NCBI RefSeq assembly: GCF_963921235.1
Contig: NC_086108.1
Span: 14,260,001 to 14,324,000, forward strand
DNA length: 64,000 bases
Source of the DNA: Mobula hypostoma
Taxonomy: Eukaryota
Direction: 5' to 3'
Below the pieces are notes generated by a model. The model saw nothing but the letters and a program-made list of their open reading frames with translations. It did no database searches and was not told the DNA's origin. A program made the translations under genes and the position numbers. Positions 39,116 to 51,421 of this stretch are shown one piece after another; position 1 is the first letter of the stretch; each line of letters starts with the position of its first letter.

Positions 39116-39255
39116 GAACAAACTGAGCCATATTTTATTGGGATCTTTTGCTTTGAAGCTGGGATTAAAATTGTAGCACTGGGATTTGTATTCCACAAAG
39201 GATCGTATCTTCGGAATGGCTGGAATGTAATGGATTTCATTGTCGTCCTGAGTGG
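39116..39255 (+). CDS. CACNA1E: Cav2 calcium channel alpha-1 subunit exon (exon 3 equivalent; IS2-IS3), 140 bp
   Basis: Encodes [47 protein letters not shown]. Has a pyrimidine tract plus CAG acceptor (39113-39115) and a GTAAGT donor at 39256, and joins the previous exon in frame. E-x-TEPY, IKIVALG and FIVVLSG match CACNA1E as I recall it, versus DDTEPY and FVVVLTG in CACNA1A/B. Confidence 0.9.
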
Positions 39256-40579
39256 GTAAGTAATTTCAGTCTTCTTGTCTTAAAATGCACTACACAGGAA
39301 GTGGCCTAACATGACTATTGGGGTTCATATAAACCTTTCAATTCGCCTTCACAACACCCTACCGGGATGCTATTCTATTTCTGTTCTCACCCCTTAAATA
39401 TCCATTGGCTTTGACTACCAGATATCAGTTGGACAACTGTAATACCTCCTTTTGTCTCACTGTATCAAATTGATACATAACCTCAGTGTTCTTTATTAGG
39501 AAGTGATTCAGGGGTCTAGTACCTTGTGATACTGTCCAGTCAGATGAGGGCTGGTTACCTGAAGAGCTTTGCCCATTGCCCACAAATCACTCAGAATTAT
39601 CAGGGGTTACCAGGCAGTGCTGAACTGGTAAGATATGGAAAATTGCTTAGGTTTATCCTTCACCAAGAGCAGGACCATTCCAGTCCCTGATTCCCATACT
39701 CTCCTCTCCATTACCTGATAGCTTACTGTTGATGCTACAGTCATCTGCATGGACTTCAGCAAATCCTTTGACGAGGTCCTATGTAGGAAACGGCTCCAAA
39801 AGGTTAAAGCCCATGTGACTCATGACAAGTTGGGAAATTTGATCCAAAATTCACTTGTTAGGATAATGTTTGGGGGGGGGGGTGGTGTTAATTCTGTGAC
39901 ACGTGAGTGTTCAACTGTGATATCTGAGACCATTGTTGTATATTTTAACAATATGGATATGAATATAGTGGATGTGATTAGAAAGTCCATCACCAGAGAT
40001 TGTGAGGAGTCATTGAATCGTTCATTGTGGGAGTGAGATTTGAAAAAGTGAGTGGGGCCATTCAGGGAATGACAGCACCCCTACATCCTCAGGAGTCTGA
40101 TTGGAGATTTGGCATGTTATCAAAAACCTTGGCAAACTTCCATAGATGTGTGGTGGAATGTGTGCTGACTGGCTGCATCCTAAAAAAAAGGTAGTGGATT
40201 CAGCCCAGTATGTCATGGGTAAAAGCCTCACAACCACCGAGTACATCTACATGAAACGTTGCCGTTGAAAAGCAGCATCCATCATCAGAGACCCTCACCA
40301 CCCAGGCCATGTTCTTTTCTCGCTGCTGCCGTTAGATAGAAAGTACAGGTGCCTCAGGACTCACATCACCAGGTTCTAGGACAGTTATTACCTCTCAGCC
40401 ATCAGGCTCTTGAACAAAAAGGAATAGCTGCACTCATTTGAGGACTCTTGTTATTTCATGCTCATTATTTATTGCTATTTATTTATTATCTGCATTTGAA
40501 CGGTTTGTTTACAGTCCCTGATGTTTACAATTTGCAGATCCTGTTTACAGTTATCGTTCTGTAGGTTTGCTAAGTTTGT

Positions 40580-42625
40580 TAGGTTTGTCCCTGATGACTA
40601 CACCTGCAAGAAGTGCAGCTAGTTGCAGCTTTTTACAGAGCACGATGAGCTGTTGATTGACAGGCGATACAGCAAGGTAGTTACACCAAGGTTGCAGGGC
40701 ACAGGTAACTGTTGACCATTAGGAGGGGGAAAAGCAATGGGCAGTCAGTACTGGCTACCCTGTGGCTGATTCCCTCAATAACAAATATATCACTTTGGAT
40801 ACTGTTGGAGGCAATGAGCTGGCAGAGGAAAGCTATAGCAGTCAGGTCTCTGGCACTGAGTCTGTCTCCGTGACTCGGGGTGGGTGGGGGGAGAAGAGAC
40901 ATGCTGTAGTGACAGGGAATACATTGATTAGGAGAACAGACAGGATGTTCTGTCAATGAGAACAGGATTTGTGGATGGCACTTTGCCTCCCAGTGCCAGT
41001 GTCTGAGACATCTCAGACTGAGTCCATAGAGTTCTTAAGTGGGGGGTGGTCGGTGTCTGTGTTGTACCAATAACGAAGGTAGAGAGGGTGATGAGATCCT
41101 GCAAAGTAATTTCAGGGAGTTAGGTGCTAAGTTAAAGGTTTGTGACCTCACTGCAACATGCTAGTGAGGCCAGAATTGGAAGATCACACAGTTGAACACA
41201 TGGCTAAGGAGATGGTGCAGGAGGGAGGGCATCAGATTTTTAGATCATTGGGCTGCCTTCCAGGGAAGATGGGATGGTTTACAACTGAACTAATATCCTT
41301 GCAGAAAGGGTTGCTAGTGCTGCTTTGAAGGGTTTAAACTAGAGCTGAAGGGGGATGGGAATCACAGTGACAGGGCAGATAGTTGTGGGAGGTTGAGCAT
41401 GGTGGCAATAATGTTCTGAATTGCATCGACTTTAATGCAAGGAGTATTGTGGGTAGGGCTGATGAGCTTACATCATGGATAAGCGTATGGAATTATGGTA
41501 ATGTTGGCATCAGTGAAATTTGATTGCAAGAGGGGCAGAACTGGCAGCTCAATATTCAGGAGGGATTAAAGGAGTCAGAGAAAATGTTGTGGTAGTGCTC
41601 AGACAGGACAGACTAGAGAGCTCATCTACTCAGGCTATCTGGATGGAACTAAGGAATAAGAAAGGGATGGCGTTGGGGTTCCTAGGCTTCGTGGCCCTGG
41701 GGATGGGCTGATTCTGTGCCAGTGCTGCCAACTGAAGCTTCGCGGAAGAAAACAGAACATTGGGAACAGCAAATCAACTGTTTGGGCCTCTGTACTCTTT
41801 CTCTTGTTGCTGGGGAGAGTTTGTTGCCAATTCTCAAGTTGGAGATCCCAAAAAAAAAATGGAAAAGACTTTAACACTGTAAATCAGCAAGTTGTTTTGT
41901 CTATGACCCCCCTCATGCTGTGTGACACTTCTCTGCCATTTCATTAGGTGGAGGGAGGGCCTATGACATGTCAAATTGTGAACAATTAGTTTTTGTTGTA
42001 CTGCAGATCATGGTCTTTATTGGGGGTTTGTTATCACATGCTTGGTGGGTGGTGGGTGCTGATGCTTTTTGCAAAAAGTGGGGGAGGGTAAGGGTTGTTG
42101 CATTGCATGGGGGGGCTTTGGGGTTCTTACGCTTTAACTATCACTCATTCTTTGGGACGCACTTCCGTTTTCATGGATGTCTATGAAGAACAAGAATTTC
42201 AGGTTGTATATTGTATACATTCTCTGATATTAAATGGAACTATTGAATACGTTAATGGAATTACACTAAAGTCCACCCATTAGTCAGTAGGATTTAGAGG
42301 AGCAAATGTGTAAAGAGATGTGCAAGAATTATAACATTGTGATTGTCGGTGATTATAACTTTCCACATAAAAGGGCTGGATTGATTAGTTTGTCAAATGT
42401 GTTCAGGTAGGTTTCCTTAATATATAGATGTTCCTTCTACAGAGAACGTGATACCAAATCTCCTATTAGTAAATGAGACAGGGCAGGTGACAAGTGTGTG
42501 TTGGGGAAAACACGTTGGATCTAGTGATCATAATTCCATTAGTTTCAAGATAATTATGGAGAAGGATAGGTTTGGTCCTTGGATTGAGATAATTAATTTG
42601 GAGTAAGGCTAATTTTGATGGGACC
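40580..42625 (+). mobile_element. CR1 ORF1 and endonuclease region, interrupted at about 41690-42247 by a non-autonomous element
   Basis: SLNNKYITLDTVGG, AVVTGNTLIR, FNARSI and IWMELRNKKG motifs. Confidence 0.8.
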
Positions 42626-45050
42626 CGTGTCAAATGCCTTGCTAAAATCCATGTAGACAATATCCACTGCTATTCCTTCATTAACGTTCCTGGAAACATC
42701 ACGGAACAACTCTTTTAAGATTGGTTTCATGTGACCTACCATGCACAAAGCCATGTTGACTATACTTAATCAGTCTATGCTATCCAAATATTTATATATC
42801 TGGTCCCTTAGAATACCTTCCAATAATGTACCCACTACTGTTGTCAGTCTCACTAGCCTATAATTTCCCAGCTTATTCTTAGAGGCTTTCTTAAACAACA
42901 GATCAGCATTATCTATCCTCCAATCCTCTGGCACCTCACCTGTGGATAAGGATGTTTTAAGTACCTCTGCTAGGGCCCCTGCAATTCCGGCACTAACCTC
43001 CCACAAGGTCCAAGGGAACACCTTGTCAAGCCCCGAGGATTTATCCAGCCTAATTCGCCTCAGGACTTCAAGAACCTCCTCCTCTGTAATCCATATATGG
43101 TCCATGACCACACTCCTGTTTTGCCCCATTTCTATAGACTCTGTGTCCTTCTGCTGAGTAAATACATTTAAGATCTTCCCCCATCTTTTTTGGCTCCATG
43201 CATAGAAGTCCACTCTAAGCTCCAATAGGTTTAATTTTGTGCTTTGCTATCCTTTTGCTTCCCTTTGCTCCTAATATATCTGTAGAAGCCTTGGGATTCT
43301 CCTTAACCTTGTTTGCCAGAACAATGTCAAGCCTCCTTTTCACCCTCTGAATTTCCTTCTTAAGTGCTCTCTTGCCTTTCTTATACTCCTCAAATACCTC
43401 ATTTGTTCCTTCCTGCCTTTACCTGCTATGTATGTCCTCCTTCTCTTTATTCATAGTCTCAGTTTCTCTTGAAAACTAAGGTTCCCTAAATCTGTTACCC
43501 TTGCTTTTTAATCTGAGAAGATTGTGAAAACTTTGTACTCTCAACATCTTACAAGGCCTCCCACTTACCAGGTACACCTTTGCCAAAACAACTTGTCCTA
43601 ATCCACACTTGCCAGATCCTTTCTGATACCATCAAAACTGGCCTTTCTCGAATTTAGAATCTCAACCTGCAGACCAGACCCACCCTGCTCCATAATTCAA
43701 AGTTCAAAAGTTCCAGCTAAATTTATTACCAAAATGCATATATGCCACCATATTATACCCTGAGATTTGATTCTTGTAGGCATACACAGTAAATCCGAGA
43801 AAAACAATAGAATCAATGAAAGATTGCATCCAACAGGATGGGCAAACAGCCAACATGAAAAAGACACCAAACTGTAAATACAAAAGAAAAAGAAACAATA
43901 AATATCGAGAACATGAAATGAAGAGTTCTTGCAAGAGAGTCCATGGGTTGTGGGAACAACTCAATGATGGGGTGGATGAAGTTGAGTGAAGTTATTCCTT
44001 CTGGTTGAAGAGCTTGATGGTTGAGGGGTAATAACTGTTCCTTAACTCGGTGGTCTGGGTCATGAGGCCCCTGTACCACCTTCCTGATGGTAGCAATGAG
44101 AAGAGTGGTGGTGGGGCCCCTTGATGAGAGGTGCTGCTTTCCTGTGACAGGGCTTCATGTAGTTGTGTTCAGTGGTGGAGAGGGCTTTACCCATGATGGA
44201 CTGGGTTGTATCCACTACCTTTTGTTGGATTTTTCATTCATGGGCATTGGCATTTCCATACCAGGCATGATGGAACCAGTCATCTCCACTACATATCTAT
44301 AAAAATTTGTCAAAGTTTTAGATGTCATGCCGAATCTTTGCAAACTTTTAAAGAAGTAGAGGTGCTGCCGTGCTTTCTTCATAAATGTATTTACATGCTG
44401 GCCAAGAACAGATCCCCTAAAATGATAACACCAAGGAATTTAAAGTTGCTTATGCTGTTCACCTCTGATTCCCCCAATCTTGAGACGAATGATGTTATAG
44501 AAACATAGAAAACCTACAGCACAATACAGGCCCTTTGGCCCACAATGCTGTTTTCCTGTACATATACTTTAGAAATTATCTAGGGTTACCCGTAGCCCTC
44601 TATTTTTCTAAGCTTCGTACATGTATTCAAGAATCTCTAAAAAGACCCTACTGTATCCACAATCACTAGATTCAAAGTGTTCTCTACATTCGGTTATGTC
44701 ACAGGCCCTGAAGACATTCCGTAATAGGAGATCCAGTTCTTTACAGTCTCTAGTTGGGACCTGTATGTATTGATTGAAGGAATTCTCCTGAACACACTTG
44801 ACAAACTCTATCCCATTCAGCCCTTTTTCAGTATGGGAGTCCCAGTCAAAATGTGGAAAGTTCAAATCAGCTTCTAGTACAATCTTGTGTTTCTTGTAAC
44901 TGTCAACAACCTCTCTACAAATTTGCTCCTCAAAATCCTGCTGACTATTGGGTGGTCTTATAACATAATCCCTCCCGCTCTATTGTATCTAAAATAACTA
45001 AGCCCCAGAACATTAAGCTGTCAGTAGTCCTGTGCCTCCTGCAACTTACA
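42626..45050 (-). mobile_element. CR1 ORF2 fragment interrupted by a Rex1/Babar-like 3' fragment (about 43700-44480)
   Basis: ORF 42770-43225 (DKSSGLD...GEVPEDWR...GNYRLV) and an endonuclease piece NFPHFDW at 44608-44865. Confidence 0.8.
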
Positions 45051-45460
45051 GTAATTTTTACCCCCTCCCCCTTCTCTGTTATTTCATTCCCTATTCTGGC
45101 TCACCTTTTACACTTTCTCTTCACCTCACCTGCTGATCACCTCTAACTGGTGTCCCTCCTCCTTCCCTTTCTCCCTTGGTTCACTCTCCTCTCCCTTTAG
45201 ATTTCTTCTTCTTCAGTCCCGTTACCTCTTCTTTCTGTATCACCTCGCAGCTTCTCACCTCCCCCCTCCCCCACCCACCTAAATGACCCTTCACCGAGCT
45301 TCACCTCTCACACTCTAGTTTGTACTTCTTCCCCTCCCCCATCACCTTCTTATTCTTCGCCCTTCCTTTACAATCTTGATGAAGAGTCCTAGCCTGAAAT
45401 GTTGAATCTTTATTCCTTTCCATTGCTACTGCCTAAACTACTGAGTTCCTTCAGCATTTG
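45050..45460 (+). mobile_element. Decayed Penelope-like terminal repeat
   Basis: Pyrimidine-rich body similar to 5165-5540, with a decayed core ttgatgaag...tgaaatgtt at about 45375-45405. Confidence 0.65.
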
Positions 45461-47725
45461 TTCCTCTTGATGGAAAGCGCATGGAGATGGAGGTCACTGG
45501 GCAGAATCATTGCTCAGCATGGACTAGATGGGCTGAAGGATGTGTTGTAGTACTCTTAAGACCTTATGAAATTACAAGATGATGTTGAGCAGAGGTCAGA
45601 TGGGCGTACTGATGGCAGATGGAACGTAATCCTGATGATCATAAAGCGATGCACTTTGGAAGCTTGCTTAAGGAAAGGAACTAGACAATGAATGGCAGGC
45701 CTCCAGGAGGTATAAAGGAACAGAGAGTCCTCTGTGGGCACTCAAGGATATCTGAAGTTGGTAGCTTAGGTAGATGAGCACCACATAGAGCAGCAGCTGC
45801 CGTGTTCTGGTGAATGGTAAGGCTTTGGTGTAGGTCAGGATTTGGTGAAGAGGCAGAGTTATAATCTGCTAATGTTTGTTCTCTCTCTTTGTAGAAAGGA
45901 CTGGTGATAATGGATTTGCGAGGTAAGTCAGAGGAATGCTCCTCCTGTTAATTGTGGGGCCTTGGGCACATTTCCAGTCTCAGTGGTGACTTCGACCTTT
46001 AATAGGTGTGTCTAGCTGCAGCTCCCGTCAGACCACCTGGGGAGGTTTCAGCTGCAGTTAGACTCTGTAAAGTATCTGGGATGCACAGTATATGGTCGGT
46101 GTCACAATCAGTGAGTTGGTCACACCGCAGGTACCAACTGGTGACAGGAGACCACCATAAGGACTGATGGTGCCCTGTGTTAAACAGATATCGTTTTGGA
46201 TATGACTGTGGTGGCACCAGCAAAGTTGGTTCTGATGCAGAACAAGGAGGGAAACATCTAGGCGAGCAGTAGCAGTGGGGGATTTGTTAGTGATGGGGAC
46301 AGACAGGTGCTTCTGTGGCTGAGTGAGACTCCAGAATGGCCTGCTGCCTCCTTGGTGCCAGAGTCAGAGATGCCTCTTGAGTCAATACGGAACATTCTGA
46401 GGGAGAAGGAGAATAACTAGAGATTATAGTCTCACTGGTACTAACAACACAGGGAGAAGTCCTGCAGAGCAAAATTAGAGGCATAGATATAAAAAATTAT
46501 AGCAGTGTGGGATTTTAAATTTCCCCATTTTAACTGGAATTGCCTTAATGCAAGAGGATTAGATGGGATGGAATTTGTCAGGTGGGTCCATGAAAGATTT
46601 TTGAGACAAGTGACGAGGCTGTGCTCAGACCTTCTTTTGGGAAATAAACTTGAGAAAGTGGTGGAAGTGTTAGCGAGGAAGCATATGGCACAATTCTGTC
46701 AGCGGAATTGAGAAAATGTTAGTCTTCCAGTTGAGGCCTTGAATTGGGTAATGCTTATTTCAGTAACTCGAGAGGGGACCTCGTGAAATTAGACCAGGAG
46801 TAGATGTTGTGGGCAGCACCATCTGACAAATGGGAGTCTTTTAAAGGAGAGTTCGCAAGAGTTCAGAGCCAGTATGTTCTAGTAAGAGTGAAAGGGAAAG
46901 AGAGCAAAATTAGGAAACCTTGGATGTCAAAGAATACTGAAGGTTTGATCGGGGAGAAAATGGAAACAAATGGCAGGTACAGGCAATTTGGAGTAGACCA
47001 TCATATCACTCAGTCCTGGCCCACAGTTCAATATGATTATAGCTGGCCTCAACTCCCGTGCAATAGAGCATAGAATGTTCTGTTCTAATCTGTACCACAT
47101 AGGGACAGGCCCTTCAGCCTAGAATGTTGAGATGAGCTAATTAAACCTGCAATTAAAAGACCTCCTGCTCATATCTCTCTGTTCACTGCATATTTATGGT
47201 GCCCTTTAAAACACGTGTCTCCATCACCTCCCCTGCAAGAGCATTACAGGAACCCACCACTGTGTAAAAACTTACCCCTCACATCTCCTTTGAATTTTCC
47301 ACTTCCCATCTTAAACGCTTGCCCTCAAATGTTAAACATTTCGACCCTGGGAGAAAGATACAAGCTGTCTGTCTATGTTTTGCATAATCTTATAAATGTC
47401 TATCAGGTCTTTGGCACTCCAGAAAAGACAACTAGATTTGTTCAATCTCTCCCCATAGCACATGCCCTCTAATCCAGAGGGCACCCTGATGAAACTCTCT
47501 GCATCCTCTACAAAGCCTCCACATCCTATTTATAATGAGGCTATCAGAAGTGAATGCTATACTCCAGATGTGGCCTAACCAGAGTTGTATAAAGCTGCAG
47601 TATAATTTCCTGACTACTGAACGCAATGCCCTGAATAGTAAAGGCAAGCATTCCACATGCCTTCTTTACCATTCTGTCAACTTGTGCAGCCACTTTCAGG
47701 GAACTATGGACTTGTACCCTAAACT

Positions 47726-48600
47726 CCCTCTGTACAATAAGGGTCTAGTCATTAATTGTGCATTCTCTTTGCATATTAATACTAAGGGTCCTGGCATTAG
47801 CTGTCTATTCCCTCTGTACATTAATACTGTTAAAGGACCAGTCATTAACTGTGTATTCTCTCTGTACATTAACTGTTAAGGGTCCTGTCGCTAACTTTGT
47901 AATTTCTCTGTACATTAACTATTAAGTGTCCTGTCATTAACCGTGCTTTCTCTCTGTACATTAACACTGTTAAGGATCCTGACATTAAGTGTGTAATCTC
48001 TAGTACATTAACTATTAAGGGCCCTGTCATTAAACTGTGCATTATCTCTGTACATTAACCATGCTTTCTCTCTGTACATTAACTGTTAAGGATCCTGTCA
48101 TTAACTGTGCATGCTCTCTGTACATTAACTGTTAAGGGTCCTGTCACTAACTTTTGTAATTTCTCTGTACATTAACTGTTAAGTGTCCTGTCATTAACTT
48201 TGTAATTTCTCTGTAAATTAACTGTTAAGTGTCCTATCATTAACCGTGCTTTCTCTCTGTGTACGTTAACACTGTTAAGGATCCTGACATTAAGCGTGTA
48301 ATCTCTCTACATTAACTGTTAAAGGTTCTGTCACTAACTGTGCATTCTCTCTGTACATTAACTCTGCATTCTGTCTGTACATTGACTGTTAAGGATCCTG
48401 TCATTAAACCGTGCATTCTCACTGGACATTAACTGTGCTTTCTCTCTGTACATTAACTGTGCATTCTGTCTGTACATTAACTGTTAAGGACCCTGTCATT
48501 AAACTGTGCTTTCTCTCTGTACATTAACTGTGCTTTCTCTCTATACATTAACTGTTAAGGACCCTGTCATTAAACTGTGCATTCTCTCTGTACATTAACA
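47726..48600. repeat. Minisatellite, about 46-bp unit (two CATTAACTGT-containing sub-units), derived from CR1 sequence
   Basis: Consensus TCTCTGTACATTAACTGTTAAGGGTCCTGTCATTAACTGTGCATTC with interspersed half units of about 24 bp; begins seamlessly from the minus-strand CR1 at about 47090-47730. Confidence 0.92.
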
Positions 48601-48759
48601 GAACAGAGGTAAATAGGATAAAGATGGTAAATAGATCGTCAGCAGAGATTGTGGCTGTTGTGTTCCTGAATGCCTGTCTCTCAAATTTGATGCTGCTTGC
48701 TGAGTTTCTCCAGCATTTTGTCTCTGTCCCTTGAATTTCCAGCATCTGCAGATCTTCTC

Positions 48760-50210
48760 GTCTCAAATTTGATTAAATTTTCTGAAGAGGTGACGAGGAG
48801 GATTGAGTATGTGGGGACAGTTGACATTGTCTACATGGCCCTTAGCTTGGCCTTTGACAAGGTTCCTCATGGTATGTTGACCTGGAAGATTAGATCTAGC
48901 TAATTGGGTAAAATATTAGCTTGGAGGAAGGGGTCAGAGGATGTATTCAGATTGGGGCTTTGTGACTAGTGGTGTGCAACAGGGGTCAGTGCTAAGTCCA
49001 TATTTGTCATCTGTATTAATGATTTGGATGACAATACTTGTTAAATGGTTTGTAAGTTTGAGGATGACACCAAAATTGGTGGTGGTGTGGGCAACGAAGA
49101 AGATCATTTAAGGTTACAACAGAATCTAGATGGGGAAGTAGGCTGAGGAATGGTAGATAGGATTTAACTCTAAAAAGTGTGAGGTGTTGCATTTTGGTAA
49201 GTTAAACCAGGGCGGGACTTGACACTAAATGGTCGGGCCCTGAAAAGTATTGTAGAACAGAGAAACGGAAGGTTACTGGTTCATAGTTCCATGAAAATGG
49301 TGACACAGATGAGCAGAGTGGAGAAGGAGGTGTTTTGCACACTGGGCTTCATCAGTCAGTTCAGGAGTAAGGATGTCATGTTGCAGATGAACTAGTCATT
49401 GGTGAGACCACACTTGGATTACTGTGTGCAGTTCCAATTGCCCAGGTGTAGGAAGGATGTCATTAAACTGGAAAGGATGCAGAAAAGTTTAACAAGTTTG
49501 TCAGGATTCCTGATGGTCTAGTGGTTAGGATTTGGTGCTTTCATCGCCCTGGACCGGGTTGGATTCCTGGTTAGTAAAGATAGTTTTGGGGATGTCAGAG
49601 GTAAGTTTATTTCATGCAGAGAGTGGTAGGTGTGAAACATGCTGTCATGGGTGGTGGTAGAGGCAGATACATTAGCCACATTTAAGAGACCCTTAGTTTG
49701 GAGATAGAAAAAATGGTGAGATATGTAGGAAGGATGGATTAGATTGACCTTGAGTAAGTTAAAAGGCTGGCACAATATTGTGGCTGAAGGGCCTGGACTG
49801 GAAGCTATGAGTGACTATATAGGCTGGGTCTTTTTTCCCTGGAGAGTAGGAGGCTGAGGGGTGACACTTTAGTGGTTTATGAAATCATGAAGGGAATAGA
49901 TAGGGTGAGTGGTCACCTTTTTCGCAGGGTAGAGGAGTTTAGAGTGTATAACTGAGAGGGAGGAGAGTTAAAGGGAACCTTAGTAGCAACCTTCTCGTGC
50001 AGTGGTGGGTATATGAACAAGCTGGCAGAGGAAGTGGAAGAGATGGGTACAATTACAAGATTTAAAAGACAGTTGGACAGGTTCATGGCCTGGAAAGATC
50101 TAGAGAGATATGGGCCTGTTAGAAGGATAAGGGACACTCTTAACTGAGACTAGCTCAAGTAGACATCTTGGTCAGCTTGGATGAGCGAGGCCAAAGTTTC
50201 CATGTTATGG
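48760..50210 (+). mobile_element. CR1 LINE RT/3' end with internal tRNA-CR1 insertion
   Basis: DIVYMALSLAFDKVPH, GVQQGSVL and KFEDDTK motifs and a CR1 3' UTR. Confidence 0.85.
49507..49578 (+). pseudogene. tRNA-Glu(TTC)-derived pseudogene
   Basis: TTCCTGATGGTCTAGTGGTTAGGATTTGGTGCTTTCATCGCCCTGGACCGGGTTGGATTCCTGGTTAGTAAA aligns end to end with the vertebrate tRNA-Glu sequence as I recall it. Anticodon TTC; stems and T-loop mutated, many as CpG decay. Confidence 0.85.
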
Positions 50211-51105
50211 AATCTATGAATCGTCTTTATTTGTGATGGAATTGTTTAGCTCTGTCTTTTGTATGCTGGTTTTGCCACTCAGTTAGTTCTTCTGCACTCA
50301 TTGAATTAGTTGGTTCCCTACATTAATGGTGATTGCATATTGTGGAATATACCAGCCATGAGGTTATGTATTGTAGTGATCGACATTTCAGCTGCTGAAT
50401 ATCTATATGATACTTCCCAATTCATGCTGCCACTGTCACTTCTGTTTTTGGACATTTGCTGACAAACTGATCTATCAAACAGAAGAGATTCTGCAGATGC
50501 AGGATAGCCAGAGACCTTTTTGAAAAGGAAAGAAGAAGCCAGAATAAGAATTTGGGGGAGTGGGTGAGGAGTACAGGCTAGAAGGTGACAGGTGAAGCCA
50601 GATGAGTGGGGGAGGGGGTGATGAAGTGAGATTCTACTGTGGGAGATTTACAGTTAACCTACCAGCCACATTTATTTGAGGAGGATGGAGCAGTTTGATG
50701 AAACTCTTCCATTTACTGGGTGGTTGTTAAACTTTGTGTAACAGCAGTGGAGGTCGGGATTTAACAAGGATCATTGTAACCGTGAGACAGCAGCTGTCCA
50801 AGTTGTGCCATTGAAAAGTTGTTTGGATCATTTGTTTTACCAGAGTTCAGAGGTGGGACCACTGGATTTTTCACACTGATTCATAGCTTTGGAAGCATGG
50901 GAAAATTCCAGATTCGCAGAATGCCCGAAGTCTGGAATTGTGACAAAAAGTGTGAAGATTCGTAATGGCACACCCACAAAACGGCTCACAGAATGTGCTG
51001 AGAAAGCCTGATGAAATTTAAAATTTAAAGAAAAATGTAAAGTGATGCACATTGGCAGAAAGAATAAGGAGAGACAATATAGATTGAATAGCACAGTTAT
51101 AAGTA

Positions 51106-51421
51106 AAGTAAGTAAAGGCATCCGTTAGTCTTGCGAGACCATGGATCTGCGCCTGGAAAGTCTTCACTCTCCAGGGTGCAGGCCTGGGCAAGGTTGTGTG
51201 GAAGACCAGCAGTTGCCCATGCTACAAGTCTCCCCTCTCCACGACACCGATGTTGTCCAAGGGAAGGGCATTAGGACCCATACAGCTTGGCACCAGTGTC
51301 GTCGCAGAGCACTGTGTGATTAAGTGCCTTGCTCAAGGACACAACACGTTGCCTCGGCTGGGGCTCAAACTCACGACCTTCAGATCGTTAGACGAATGCC
51401 TTAACCACTTGGCCACGTGTC
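51106..51421 (-). mobile_element. Full-length tRNA-derived SINE with 14-bp TSD
   Basis: Minus-strand head cacgTGGCCAAGTGGttaaggc...GAGTTTGAGCC (Pol III A and B boxes), (TTAC)n tail, and TSD CACAGTTATAAGTA at 51092-51105 and 51422-51435. Confidence 0.9.

Noticed and set aside
47726..48600. CRISPR-like array
   Set aside because: Units are contiguous degenerate tandem copies with no unique spacers and no cas genes, in a eukaryotic intron.
49507..49578. Functional tRNA-Glu gene
   Set aside because: Acceptor stem mispairs, the T-loop/B box is mutated (GTTGGA), and it is embedded in CR1 sequence.
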